64,000 nucleotides of DNA, taken from contig NC_043019.1 of NCBI RefSeq assembly GCF_006345805.1, forward strand, positions 30,379,360-30,443,359, read 5' to 3'. This document shows positions 38,872-53,881 of this stretch, piece after piece. The stretch is from Octopus sinensis (lineage: Eukaryota). Position numbers and translations under genes: made by a program. The stretch's first letter is position 1, and every line of letters begins with the position of its first letter. The notes under the pieces were generated by a model. That model was not told where the DNA came from, did not search any database, and saw nothing but the letters and a program-made list of their open reading frames with translations.

Positions 38872-39075
38872 TGAGGGGGTGCCGAAAAGTAAAAGAAAAA
38901 TACAGGAGGATCAGTTAATTATGATTTCATTCAACATATCCACCTCTCAGGTTCACACACTGATTACTGTGGTCGTTCAGTTTTTCTAAGCCCCTTGAAA
39001 GAACTCAGAAGGTTGGGTCTCCAACCAGGCCTTTCATGATACCCTTAAAGCTAGGAACTTTCCAGCACTGACTCA
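38872..39075. mobile_element. Decayed Tc1/mariner-like MITE
   Basis: TGAGGGGGTGCCGAAAAGT at left and ACTTTCCAGCACTGACTCA at right are degenerate inverted termini in TA-rich flanks. Confidence 0.45.
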
Positions 39076-39191
39076 CATACATACATATATAAATATATGT
39101 GTGTGTGTATATACACACCCACACATTCACACCTATATATAACATCTTTGCCAGTTCATATATATATATATTATATATAATATATATATAT

Positions 39192-39244
<53 letters not shown>

Positions 39245-39437
39245 AATAGATACAGTGAAGTTTTACTCTAGCGTCATATATTATCAACTGTTATTTCCAG
39301 TAAATATTGGTTCATTGTCCTACCACTGTTCTATATTTATATATATATATATATTTATATATTATATATATATTATATACACACACACATTCATATTATA
39401 TATATATATATATAATATATATATAAACACACACACA

Positions 39438-39472
<35 letters not shown>

Positions 39473-42400
39473 ACACACACATTCATATACTTAAAAGACC
39501 TGCGTTAGCAAGATATTATTTGTTGAAGAATTTGGCTGCTATTTTTTGCAGGTCGAATGAACAATAAGGCTTCCTCAACATTTCAATTGTGTAAAAATAA
39601 TGAGAAAAAAATATTTAAAAATTTCCAGTAAAAAGGTGACTATTACACATTTAAAAATACTTTCAAATGAAGGGAGTGTTTGTTTATAATTTTTTTCTTT
39701 TGTTTTGTTTTTTTCTTACACTGGGTGGAGTAAAAAGGAGGGGATAAAAGGAATATCTGATCTTAAATCAAGCATTATCGGCAGACAATGAACAATTATG
39801 TCGAATCATCTTTGAAAAATGCTGCCAGGATTTTTTAAAATTAAATGGAAAAAGAAAAAAACAAAAAAACAAAAACAAAAAAGTAAAATAGTATTTAAAA
39901 AAAGACTCTACATGAATATAAGATTTTGGTTCAGAGAACCCCTACAATTATAAAACACACATGGCTGTGTGGTAAGAAGCTTACTTTCACATGGTTCCTG
40001 GTTCAGTCCCACGGCATGGAACCTGAGGCAAGTGTTTTCTACTATAGCCTTGGACTAACCAAAAACTTGCAAGTAGATTTGGAAAATGGAAACTGAAATA
40101 AGCCCATTGTGTGTGTGTATGTGTGTGTGTGTGTGAGGAGTGAGAGAGAAAGAGAGAAGTCTGTGTGTGTGTGTCTTCGAGTTTGTCCCCACCACTGTTG
40201 TCTGAAATAAAGGCTACAATATCTATTTCTTTACTACCCACAAGGGGCTAAACACAGAGAGGAGAAACAAGGACAGACAAATGGATTAAGTCGATTATAT
40301 CGACCCCAGTGCGTAACTGGTACTTATTTAATCAACCCCGAAAGGAAGAAAGGCAAAGTCGACCTCGGTGGAATTTTAACTCAGAACGTAACGGCAGACG
40401 AAATATGGCTACGCATTTTGCCCGGCATGCTAACGTTTCTGCCAGCTCGCCGCTACAATATCTTTGACCATAGGCATATTCAATCAGAGCTGACCATTGT
40501 CAGTCTTCTTTCCTGGCGAGTTCTAAGAATCAGTAGTAACTGCCCATCCCATGTCCATATCAACACTACAGTCATTTCTTCCACAAACCTGAGTTGGCGA
40601 GTCATCTACATTCTTACATTGTTATACAGCCTACTACAAATAGCAACTAAAACACGCCTCAATATTGAAAGGAGAGGGACACATCAGATAATGTAGTCTC
40701 AGATGCACAATGCCTAAGAGGGCAGGGTAGTCATAACTGGAACATCTCCGGTCATAAATTACAAAAAAACCCATGTAAATTGACTAGTACTTCATTTTAA
40801 CAACCCTGGAAGAATGAAAGGCAAAGTTGACCTCAGCTGGATGTGAACTCAGAAAGCGAGGAACCAGAAGAAATACTGCACGATATTTTTGTCGGACACT
40901 AATGATTCTACCAATCCAGTAATAAAGTGTTCCGAACATAGGCACAAGGCCAGCAGCAGCTGTTGCTTCTAACATAAACATCAAGCCAGAAATTTACAGA
41001 AGGAAACTGTAGATTATATCAACCCCAGTATATGACAGGTACTTTATTTTATCCAGAACATAAAAAGACCCGGCAAGTAAAGTGAGATCACAGCCGTAGC
41101 CTATACCAGTGTCGCATATCCAGCCCATTTAAAAGGAGCCTTGATCCATCAGGCGATACGCTGCAATTGACAAGACCTATTAAGTCACATCGACCCCAGT
41201 GCGTAGCGTAACTGGTACTTAATTTATCGACCGCAAAAGGATCAAAGGCAAAGTCGACCTCGGTGGAATTTGAACTTAGAACGTAATGGCAGACGAAATA
41301 CGGCCACGCATTTCGCCGTAGCATGTAATAAGTACCAATCAAGCATGGGTCAATGCCAGTGCTACCTGATTGGCTCCCTGTGCCGGTGGCATGTAAAAAA
41401 CACTATCTGAATGTGGTCGATGCCAGTGCCACCTGATTGGCTCCCGTGCCAGTGGCATGTAAAAAGCACCCACTACACTCTTGGAGTGGTTGGTGTTAGG
41501 AGCCGTAGAAACCTTGCCAGATGATAACGAGTAATCTCTTTCACTGGTTTCAGTCATTAGACTGCAGCCATGCTGGAGCACTGCCTTGGAAAATTCTAGT
41601 CGGAGAAATTGACCCCAGTACTTATTTTTTTAAGCTTGGTACCTATTTGCCAAACCACCAAGTTATGGGGATGTAAATAAACCAACACCAGCTGTTAAGC
41701 AGTAGTGGGGGACAAACACACACATGATTGGTTTTCAATTCCCATCTATCAAATCCACTTGCAAAGCTTTGGTCAGCTTGAAGCTATATATTTCTTTACC
41801 ACCCACAGAGGGGACAAACAAGGACAGACAAATGGATTAAGTCGATTACATCGACCCTAGTGTGTTACTGGTACTTAATTTATCAACCCCTGAAAGGATG
41901 AAATTTATCGACCCCGAAAGGATGAAAGGCAAAGTCGACCTCGGCGGAATTTGAACTCAGAACGTAACGGCAGACAAAATACGGCTATGCATTTCGCTCG
42001 GCGTGCTAACGTTTCTGCCAGCTCACCACCTGCAGCTATAGCAGAAGACACTTGGCCACAGTGGGACTGAGCCTGGAACCATGTAGCCGAGATGGGAATG
42101 TTTTACCACACAGCCACATCTGCTCATGATAACATAAAAAAAAAAACAGAACAAACCAAGGCTGCGTTTCAGTGCTCTGACTGCCCTACACTGTTAATCT
42201 GCTGCCCTCATTAGAGATAAAAGATAATTGTTTCTTATCTATAACAGACAGACTAGTAGCAGTCACAGCCATGACAATAATCAGTTACAGGTGTTGTTTC
42301 ACTTGCCATTTAACAGGTGTTGGGATATTACATTTTCTGCAGACACTGTAGTAGAGAGATGTTTCAGAGAAAGTGGGGGATGGGTAAGGAAATTAGAGAA

Positions 42401-43009
42401 AAGATAGTTGATACTTGGGAGTGGGGGGAGATGGAAATTTATGGATACTTTACTAATGTAGGTCCTCTACCTCCTTCAAATCACCCTCACCGGAATCTTT
42501 ACCAGAATATTGGCGACACAGTTAAAGTTAGTTTCAGATTGCAGCAACAAGAGATTTTCATTACACATTCACATCCGTATTGTGCTTAACACCCATCCTA
42601 CCCCATATTATTATTATTATTATTTTATTATTATTATTATCATCATTATTAAGGTGGTGAAATGGTAGAATCATTAGAATGCCAGATGAGATGCTGAGTG
42701 GTATATCGTCTGTCTGTCACTACATTCTGAGTTCAAATTCCACTGAGGTCGACTTTACCTTTCATCCTTCATCCTTCGATGTAATTGACTTATCTACTCC
42801 ACCCCCACCCCCCAAATTACTGCCCTTGTGGCAAAATTTGAAATCATTATTATGAGTATTATTATTATTATTATTATTACCAGCTAAAATATATTTTGAC
42901 GATAGGAAACAAAAGGAAAAAATAAAAAAGAAAAGGAAAAAAAGGTTTCTTCACTATCATCGCAAGCATACTGGGACGTTTCTAAGACGACATAGTCTGC
43001 GTGACTCAC

Positions 43010-43042
43010 TATTTTCAGGAAGTACGCAATCTGCTGCGGCAT
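43010..43042 (-). CDS. Candidate 33-nt cassette exon (phase 1: DAAADCVLPEN) of an unidentified host gene
   Basis: Minus strand tttgctgctatattatttttgctgtatttgacgtag|33 nt|gtgagt: consensus donor, TGC motifs upstream, frame-preserving and stop-free. Confidence 0.55.
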
Positions 43043-44978
43043 CTACGTCAAATACAGCAAAAATAATATAGCAGCAAACTGCGAAGAACGTGATGCGATG
43101 CGACACATTGGATCAGAAATCTTAATAGCTGCATTGAATTACAAACACACCACGCCAGTCAGAGAGTTTCCTCACACTTGTATCTAATTCCATCAGCATG
43201 ACACTACACTTTAACACCTCACTTATCTCCACCCTCCCCCCCGCCGCCCCAACACCATAACCACCACCACCACCACCTCATATATCCCTATATCTGTTTG
43301 ATCCTTTCACACAATGTCACAGCCATCGTTTACACGTCAAGTTTACAAAACATCAGTAGTTTGGTTGACAATAGAGGAATATTAACTTACAATATTATGT
43401 AACCTGAGAATCTCTTTCACACATAGAAACCAATTCAATTTAAACAATGTATTGTGTAACTGTAGGAAACAAAACGATTTTCCTCACTAAGATCAAAGTG
43501 TATTATTACTACTACTACTAGTATTATTATTATTATCATATTATTATTATTATTATTATGGCAGTGAGCTGGCAGAACCATTAGCACACCATGTAAAATG
43601 CTTAGCTGCATTTCTTCCGTCTTCAGGTTCTGAGTTCAAATTCCACTGAGGTCAACTTTGCCTTTCATCCTTTTGGAGTTGACAAAATAAATACCAGTTG
43701 TATACTGGAGTCGATGTAATCAGCTTACCCCCCCCCTGAACTTGTTGGCCATGTGCAAAAATTTAAAACCATCATCATTATTATTGTCATCATAAGGTGG
43801 CAAGCTGGCAGAATCGTTAGCACGCCAGGTGAACTGCTTTGGCAGTATTTCGTCTGCCACTACATTCAAATTCGGCGGGGGGGTCAACTTTGCCTTTCAT
43901 TCCTTCAGAGTTAATTAAATAAGTACTAGTTACGTACTGGGGTCGATGTAATCGACTCATTCCCTTCCCCCAAATTTGAATTGGAAGCCTTGTGCTTCCA
44001 GAAGAAAGGATTATTATTATTATCATCATCAAATGCTTAATGGCATTTTGTTCATCTTTAGGTTCTGAGTTCAAATTCCGAGGATGACTTTGCCCTTTCA
44101 TCCTTTCAGGGTCGATGTAATTGATATAGCCCCTCCACCAAATTTTCAAGTCTTCTGCTTACAGTAGGGAGCATTATTATTATTACTACTACTACTACTA
44201 CTATTATTATTATTATTATTATCATCATCATCATTATTATCAAGGCAGCAGAATTGTTACTGTGCCAGCCAAAACACTTAGTGGCATTCCTTCCGGCTTT
44301 ATGTTCCCAGTTCAAATTCTGCCAAGGTCAACTTTGCTTTGTTAATGCTGAATAGGCTGTCTTGCAGTATCAACCTTGCCTTTCACCTGCATTATAGGTT
44401 CCTGGCATTATTATAGCAACAGCATTCAAAATTTAAAAAAAAAAAAAAAATATTAAAAAAATAATAAGGATAACAGGTAATGTAGCCTAGAATATACAAA
44501 ATGATTGGATGGTTGAGGCTAAAATAGCTTGGATCACCATGGCTTAGGTGAATCCAAGTTGTCCCAGGTCTAAACAACAACAAGAGGTAGAACCTTCACA
44601 CACCATTAACTAAACCAGCAGACATTTGAAAACATAATATATACATACACACACAATGTATATCATATACATATACACATATACATACATACACACACAA
44701 TGTATATCATATACACATATACATACACACACACACAATGTATATCATATACACATATACATACACACACACACACATATATATATACATACATACATAT
44801 ACACACATATACATACATATACACATATATACATACATATACACATATATACATACATATACACACATATATACATACATATACACACATATATACATAC
44901 ATATACACATACATATATATATATAAGGTATTTTTTAATATGTTGGCCATTGATAGAATTTTTTTCGAAAAATGTTAT

Positions 44979-45014
<36 letters not shown>

Positions 45015-47566
45015 AAAACTTTATATATATATATAAAGTGTGTGTGTATGTGTGATATATATGAGAGCTGACAAAAAGATGACATCACTGAACAGGCTGC
45101 AGGCTCTGAATCAGTCAGTTAATTTGCATTGTTCTGATACAACAGGCAATGACTAATAAGTGTGGCGATTATTATTGTTCTTATTATTATTTTCTCACTG
45201 GTTGAATAAGATGGGAAGTATTAGAGACAGACACGTGCAGGCACCATTAGTTGGACAGTTAACATAAAACAGATAAGTCACTTTCTACGAGACAGGCACA
45301 AGGCCCGAAACTTTGGGGGTGGGAGCTGGTTGATTACACCTTGCCAGTACCCATGTGGTACTTATATTATTAACCTTGAAAGGATGGAAGTTAGAATCAA
45401 CCTCAACAGCATCTGAACTCAGAACAAAACCTGGAAGAAATGTTGCTAAATATTTTTCCTGGTGCAGAAATGATTCTACCAGTCAACTATCCTACAGTAG
45501 CATATAATACCATAAGTTATAAGAGGTTAGATGGTTCAATACCCAGGCAAGTAATAGATTGTGTTACATATGTGTGTGAGGTCCTAAAACCAAGGTGCCA
45601 CATAAAAAAGCATTGGTGTGGGTGCTGGTGCCATGCAAAAAGCACTCAGTACATTCTGAATAGTGGTCGGTGTTAGGAAGGGGCATCCAGACATAGAAAC
45701 CAAGCTAAAACAGATTATGGAACACAGTGTGACCCCAGGCCTTGCCAGTTCCCATTGGTTTTTTTTAATTAGACAATGCTGAGTTGAGGTACATTGTTAC
45801 TGTAGTAGTCTAACAGCAGGTTAGACTACTAAACACAACACACGGTCTGAGAATTGAAACTGCAAGTCTGCTGCCCTAACCACTGGGCCATTGTGCCTCT
45901 ATATATGTATGTGTGTGTGTCTATATATATTATATATATATATATATAAAATCAAAGGTACAAAAATAACGTTCAAAGGGTAGGGTAATCCAGTGTAGGG
46001 AAAATCCAAGAATTGAGTACTCCAAATCATCATCAGAAGGATATAGATCTGTATGACCATGCAAAAAAGGGAAAATCAAAAATAAAAGCACGTGTGTGTG
46101 TGTGTGTGTGTGTGTCTTTATGTCCATTTCCCACCACTGCTTGACAACTAGTGTTGGTCTGTTTACAACCCCATGACTTGGTGGTTCAGCAATACAGAAA
46201 CAATAGAATAATTACCAGGCTTAAAATAAAAAAGTGTTGGTGTTGATTCATTCAATTAAAAAAACAATTCCTTCAATGTGGTGCTCCAGCATGGCTCGAC
46301 TCTAATGACGGAAATAAGTCAAAGATAAATGGTGATGATGGGAGAGGGGATGGCAAAAACGACAAACAAGAAAATCAGGCAGGCCGCAACAGAGTTAGTA
46401 ATTCAGTCCAATAATAACTGGAAAGATGAGTCAACCCTGGATTTGAACTCACAAATGGACATAACTAAATACTGCAAGGTATTTTGTTTCTTATTTCTTT
46501 ATTACTCACAAGGGGCTAAACATAGAGGGGACAACAAACAAGGACAGACAAATGGATTTAAGTCAATTATATCGAGCCCAGTGTGTAACTGGTACTTAGT
46601 TTATCGACCCCGAAAGGATGAACGGCAAAGTCGACCTCGGTGGAATTTGAACTCAGAACGCAGCGGCAGATGAAATTCCACAAAGCATTTTGCCTGGCAT
46701 GCTAACATTTCTGCCAGCTCGCCAGCTTTCTACCACCCAACACCTTTTATACTTGACTTATCCATCATTCCATGCTTTTCGTATGCAAGCCGACGGGGCT
46801 CGCTCTGAGCACTCTAAGCCACAGAAGAATCACTAAATTAATACAGGCATAATAGGTAAAAAAATTTAGCGAATAAGAATAGTGTCTTACCTCTGCAAAG
46901 GATGCAGAAGGAATGTCAGTTAATCTGATATCATGATTTTGAGTTTAGCACCAAAGGCACTGGATTCTCTGTCACACACACACACACACACATATGATGG
47001 CCTTCTTTCAGTTTCTGTTTAACAAATCCATTCACAAGGCTTTGGTCAGCTTGAAGCTATAAGAGAAGACACTTGCCCAAGGTGCCTGTCATGCAGTAGG
47101 ACTGAATCCAACACCACACAGTTGGGAAGCAAGCCTTTTTTTTTTTTCTTACCTACACACTGATGCCTGCATCCGTAGTGTAATAATGATTTCAAACATC
47201 AGCAAAACACCAGACATTTTGAGGAGGAAAAAGATTAACAGCATCAGGCTCAGTGCTTAACGAGTACTTTACTTCATTAACTCACAGGAAAATGAACTGT
47301 AAAACAAATTGTGGCAGGGATTAGTAATAAATTAATTATTCCTAATATAAAAACAAAGCAACAAATTATGGTGGGCAGGGTAGTTCAGTTAATTACACTG
47401 ACTCCTGTACTTGACTAGTACATTGTGTAATTAACTTCAGAAGGATGTGCGTTAAAATTGCTTGTCACAGGATTTCTAATAAACTGATTAAGATGCAGGC
47501 ATGGCTGTGTGGTAAAAGAAGCTTGCTTTCCAACCACATGGTTCTAGGTTCAGTCTCACTGCATGG

Positions 47567-47848
47567 TGTTCCTTCTCGAGCCATGCCTGGCTCATTAGGG
47601 CTGGTTTCCCAGTTTCCTTGGCGTATAGGTTCCCCACCTGGACAGGACGCCGGTCTGTCGCAGGTGAGCTGCAAGACACAGGAGGAAAAAGTGAGAGAAA
47701 GTTGTGGCAAAAGAGTCAGCAGAAGTTCGCCATTACGTTCTGCCGGAGCCGAGTGGAGCTTAGGTGTTTCGCTCGGTCTGAGATTCGAACCCGCGATCCC
47801 TCGACCGCGAGTCCGCTGCTCTAACCACTAGGCCATGTGCCTCCACCA
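47567..47848 (-). mobile_element. SINE family D nested in a family B copy
   Basis: CpG-rich tRNA head with TGGCCTAGTGG and GGTTCGAATC boxes; 16-bp TSD CAGTCTCACTGC(A/T)TGG at 47551-47566 and 47849-47864. Confidence 0.85.
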
Positions 47849-50304
47849 CAGTCTCACTGCTTGGCACCATGGGCAGGTGTCTTCTACTTCAGCCCCAGGT
47901 GAACCAAAATCTTGTAAGTGGATTTGGTAGATGAAAACTGAAAGAAACACATCAGATCATGTGTTTGTGTGTGTGTGTGCATGTTTGTGTGTATGCATGT
48001 GGGTGTGTATGTGTGCATGCACACATGTTAGTGTCTCTTTGTCTTGACATTGCATCATAGTTCTAAATGATTGTCCCTACACTACATGCAGTGTTATTCA
48101 TCTCAATATTTTGTGAGGGCATGTCTTGCCATGGGGAAATATTACCTTGCTTGAAAACAAGTGAAGGTTGGTGACTGGAAACGCATTTGTAAAAAATCCA
48201 CTTTAATAAACTCTGACTCACACAAGCATGGAAAAGTGAACATTAAAATAACGACAACTATATCAGTTAATATTCCCAACAAGGCAACAAAGAGAGGGCA
48301 GGAATAACTCAGTCAATTTTATGTACTCTAATTCTTTGACTGATACTTTATTTTATCAACAATGTTGAAAGGATAAATTGCAGAAATTTAACTCCAGTAG
48401 GAACTGAACCCAGAACAGAAAAGAATCAGAACTAATCGTTAAATACCTGAAGGCATTTTCCCCTCATATAGTAACAGATGTGCTAATTCTGGAATCATAA
48501 ATAAAACCTCCCAGGAAATGAAATTTTTCATACTCATCTCACAAATATGCTATAATGAGAGCGAAAAGTTTCTTTTATAAAAATATAACAAAAGAGAGAG
48601 AGAGAGAGGAGTGGAGGGGGAGTTAATTACAAGCGCAAAATGATGATGCTAAAATATTTTTTAAAATAACAATAGCCATCATCATCATCTTCATCGTCGC
48701 CATCCATCTTTCAGTTTTTGTCAATGGCACTGCTAATGTATCAGAATTGCCTTTGTTCTTTTTTACTTGTTAAGTCATTCCCTTTGAACAAACCTTCTTC
48801 AGTTTATTTCCACGTCTCATCATGGAGCTGAACCTGCTAGAAAAAGCAGCTGATTCCTTCACAATACACTCAGGACAGAACTGGATTGGATAGTCCATGT
48901 TCAGTCCACTGCAGGACAAGAGCCTCAGCATGTTCCACCAACCATGGTCCAATGCGGAGGCCATGAATTTGAGCTTGAAATCATACTGGCTTCATAAGCC
49001 TATCTCCCACACTGGCTCAACATGGCTTGGCAGAGGGGCGCAGTTTTTATACTCTTACCCAGGAGTAGCTAAGTCGATTACATTGACCCCAGTGCTCAAC
49101 TGGTACTTATTTCATTGACCCTGAAATGACAAAAAGCGAAGTTGACCTTGGCTGAATTTATACTCAGAGCATTTAGACGGGTGAAATACAGCTAAGTATT
49201 TCACCCAGCTTGCTAACAATTCTGCCAGCTCACACGTGTGTATGTGTGGTGGTGGTGGATACATTGGGGAGTGCAATTCTAAATATATAAAACAACAGGA
49301 TGGGCCATGGCTGGAATGCTGTTGATCACCGGTTCTCTGCAGTTAGAGCGGACCTAAAAGTAACCCTTTACTATTCAGATTAGTCAAATGTAATACTTAT
49401 TCATTCACATTGTTTTTAAATTAGTCAGGCATTATCTTGCAGCTTTGAGATTTTGATGATGTGATTGTATATTTTTTTAATGAATTGTAGGGTAGGTCTG
49501 AGAAGGCTGGTTTGGGTATAAAACAAGAATATTTGAGCCAGATATGGCCAGTTTAAATGTTAAAGGGTTAAACAGCAACTATAGACAGTGTAGTATATAT
49601 GTGTATGGTGGTTTCAGTCACCAAGATTCTTCTTAACAAAAGCCAAAAGAGGAAGTACTGGAAAAATTATTTGATGATGTCAAGACAAAGAGGATGTAGG
49701 ATGAGAAAGTTGGCCAAGTGGAGAAAACCAGGACTTCAAGTCTGTTCCATATATGTACGTGCTTTATTCCTTAAGTGGTTTCTGACTCATCTAGTTCGCT
49801 GTTATACATTCGAGAGACAGGTATGTCTGTCTGTACATGCAAAAATTCCCCGACACATCATGTTTGGTACAAATTCAAGTGTTGGTCATTAAAAAGGTTT
49901 CTGAGGGATTAGAAAGTGTGGAATCAAGAGGACAGATGCTATTCACCAGATACACAGAACAACAAAAGAGAGTTTATTAATAGAATCCTGCTAAGAATCT
50001 GGTTTTTATCACTGTCGTCACCAACAGGAAAGGAAAAGAGGAGGGGAAAAAGCAATTGGATGTTAAAGACAACAATTGGATATGTGTAGGATAGATGATT
50101 GTACTGGTGAGCAAAGGATGCTATTCATGTACATATGAATAGGTGCAGGCATGCTATTTATATATAGATATAGGTGCTTCCCAACCACGTGGTTTCAGGT
50201 TCAGTCCAATTGCGTGACACCATGGGCAAGTGTCTTCTACTATAGCCTTGGGCCAACCAAAGCCTTGTGAGTGGATTTGGTTGACGGAAACTGGAAGAAG
50301 CCAT

Positions 50305-50348
<44 letters not shown>

Positions 50349-53300
50349 TCTATATGTGTGTCTGTGTGCGTGTTACTGTCTCCTTGCCTTGATCAGTTGA
50401 TCAGGCAAGGCAGTTGGCATTTACAGCTCAATCAAACACAGTAACTCTTAATATGAAAAACAAATAAGCCGGTATTAACAGAGTTAAATAGGTTAACTAG
50501 AAATACTTATATAATTAATACTAGAAATAATTACAGGTGAAGAAAAAAATTATATTTAATCAAAGACTAATATATTTTTTGTTTTTTCAGTAATTACATG
50601 AGCCAGCTTTGGGCATATTTCAGTCTTATTCTAAACTCTTTAATAAAAAAGCCTAGTACTTATTCTATCAGTCTCCTTTGGTGACTTAAAGGGATGTAAA
50701 AAGACCAACACCGGTTGACAAGTGGTGGTGGGGGACAAAGAAAGAAAGACACACAAATACACACACACATTGGGTTTCTTTCAGCTTACATCTCCCAAAT
50801 CTACTCACAAAGCTTTGGTTGGTCCAGGGCTCTTGTAAAAAGATTCTTACCCAAAGTACTGTGCAGTGGGACTGAACCCAAGACCATGCAGTTGAGAAGC
50901 AATCTTCTTACCACATGGCCATGCTAAGCAAACACTAAAAAACCCAATCATCTTTCTAGTGAGAAGGAAGTAAAAATAGACTCAATGACTAATGTTCATC
51001 AAATAATCACCAAGTCTTTATTTCCCTGTCCTCATTATAAAGGTAACTTTAATGAATTGAAATTTATTTGCTCACTGTATTAATTATGTGAGCACTCAGA
51101 ACTTTATAGGAGATATGCTAATGTTGCCTCCTTTAATAGCTTGCATCTAATTATATCCAAAAACAACAATTGATTAAAACAGGTCTATGTGAATAGGAAA
51201 AATTTATGGCACTCTCTCTCTCAAGATATATAATCACTGATGTTACATCTTGATGTTCACCAAAATAGTTAGACCATCTTCAAATTAATACGATTGTTTT
51301 TTTTATTGTTTGTTCGTTTGTTTTTCTGTGAACCACCTGAAAAGGTGATGCTCAAGTTTTTTCCCACACTTGACATTTCACCTTGACCATCGGAACGAGC
51401 AACAAAATGTCAGATTTAACAGGTAGGCTGTCCTTCTGGCCTGCCCACTAGATGTTTATTTTTGAAGTTTCACATCAATTTTAACAATCTCATCATTTAA
51501 GAGACAGATAGACAGAAGGAAAGAAAGGGAGAGAAGAGAGAGAGAGAGAGCAACCAAATATTTCTCGAAGCTACTTATAACCCACTTACATTAATTACAC
51601 TACAGCAAACTGAATTTTATCAAGTTTTAATTTAACCCTTTTGCATTCAGATCACTCTGTCAAATGTCATGCTTATTTATTCACATTGTTTGGAATTAAT
51701 CATGCATTATCTCGTAGCTTCAAGATTTTGATGAGGTGAGTGGTAATTATTTAGAATGACATTGTAGGGTAGGTGTGAGAGGCCGGATCTGACCTGTTTG
51801 AACATAAAACGGGTAGAATATTTGAATATTTGGGCTGGATATGGTCAGCTTAAATGCTAAAAAGTTTATCCAGAAAGAAAAAAGGAAATAAAATGTCTTA
51901 TAAAGATAAAGAAATATTTAACCAGACAACATATCAAGAAAGTTTTTTGGGGTTTTTTTTTGGCAAGAAGACTGATGGAAAATAGAAAAGAATTGATCAG
52001 AGACTTTGGTTAGAGAAAATTAACCAGACATAAATATATGGCTTAGCAACTATATGGCACCAGGTTCAATCCTACAGCATAGAACCTTGAGCAAATGTCT
52101 TCTTGAGAAATAGGCTTCATAAGGTCTTGTGAGTGAAATTTGAATAAGTTGTATAAATAATAAAGGTTTCTAATTTAGGATCAAGGCCTTCAGTTTTGAA
52201 GGGAGACCATTAGTTGATTACATCAATCCCAGTACTTGACCAGTACTTTTATTAACCGTAAAAGGCTGAAAGGCAAAGCTGACCTTGGTGGTTGACATTG
52301 CTTGTATGACAGGTGTTTCTTTACAATCTTCACATAATGTCAAGACAAGGCCACACACAAACATAGACACATCAAGTTTCTTTCAGTTTCATTCTACTAA
52401 ATCCACTCACAAGACTTTGGTCATCCCTGGGTTATGGTAGAAGATAGTTGCCCTTGGTGCCACACACTGGGATTGAACCTGAGACCATATGGTTGGGAAG
52501 TAAGCTTCTTAACCATACATATATGCCTGACACTCATATGCAAACTGAAACAGCAAAAAGATAGATGAAATAGTTACTGTTTAGCTGCCACTCATCCTCG
52601 TCAAGCAGGTGTCAGATCCAAAGTATTCTCCCCTCGACCATTTTGTGCCCCAGACTACATTTTCCAATACGTCATTCCTGTTTTAAGATGACTGAGTGTA
52701 GTATGAAGAAGATATGTTTGCTATTTCTAGCATGTCCAGTAACCATGTAAATGTTCTTATAGGAAGATAAAGTTTTGAAGAAGGAACATCATACACACCT
52801 CTCAGCCCAATTCCCAGAAATCCTCATTAAACTATATTGTATAGGTGGTGGTTGTTGTTTAGTCCCCACCCAAGCCCTACCTGTTCTGTAAACCAATAAA
52901 GATGTTACAGTTGTGAATATTCAGTCTTTTAATACGTTTCTAGAACTATATCATTTAATATGTCTTTCCATGTTTTTAAGACACTAGGGTGTAGTTTGAG
53001 GGTGATTTGGCTGGTATTTCTAGCAGATCCAACCACCTGAGAGAGAAGGCATGGGTAACCCTTTATGAGAAGCAGGTCAGGTCACATGAGATGTAACTTA
53101 TCATTAGGTGGGCCACACTACTACAAAAGAAAAAAAACTCAAAAAATGTTAAGGAAGTCCCATGAGCCTCATGCAGGCACAGGTGACCCTTGATTGTGAT
53201 AGAGCATGAAGAGACTATCACTGGTTGGACAATTCTATGGATATAAAGAAGGACAGGGGTAATGTAGGTGAGAAGATTTGGATCAGCACTTCATCAGAGT

Positions 53301-53802
53301 AACAAAAAAGAGCATGGGTGGCCCGTTGCCAGTAGACCTACTATGTGACCCAGAAAAATCAATTTGGTCAAGCAATTTCACTTACTCAGCTAATGAACGA
53401 GTATCCTTGAGTTAGGCTAAAAATAGAACCAATCCCATTTCTCCACAACAGTTGTGTAACCTATCCTGAGAAAGTTTACAAGGAAATGACGGAAACCCTT
53501 TTGATACCAACTTGCCAATACACACACCTTGGTTTCTGGATATAAAACCTCTTTTTGTTTTCAGTCTTGACACATTTAAACACGTCAATCTCTCTCTCTC
53601 TCATATATATATAGATATATATATATATATATATGCATACAGGTATGGCTGTGTGGTAAGAAGTTTGCTTCCCAACCACTTGGTTCCAGGTTCAGTCCCA
53701 CTGCATGGCACCTTGGGCAAGTGTCTTCTACTGTAGTCTCAGGCTAACCAAAGTCTTGTGAGTGGATTTGGCAGTTGGAAACTGGAAGAAGCCCGTCGTG
53801 TG

Positions 53803-53881
<79 letters not shown>

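Noticed and set aside
46020-46045. CTGATGA on the minus strand as another hammerhead
   Set aside because: No correctly placed GAAA or supporting stems found.
47770-47846. tRNA-like sequences at SINE heads (also 6905, 21236, 21639, 35733)
   Set aside because: They have A/B boxes but continue into SINE bodies, several with TSDs, and lack a complete cloverleaf.
53386-53465. Minus-strand gtaagt donor with several possible acceptors
   Set aside because: Ambiguous acceptor, and the longer options contain stops.
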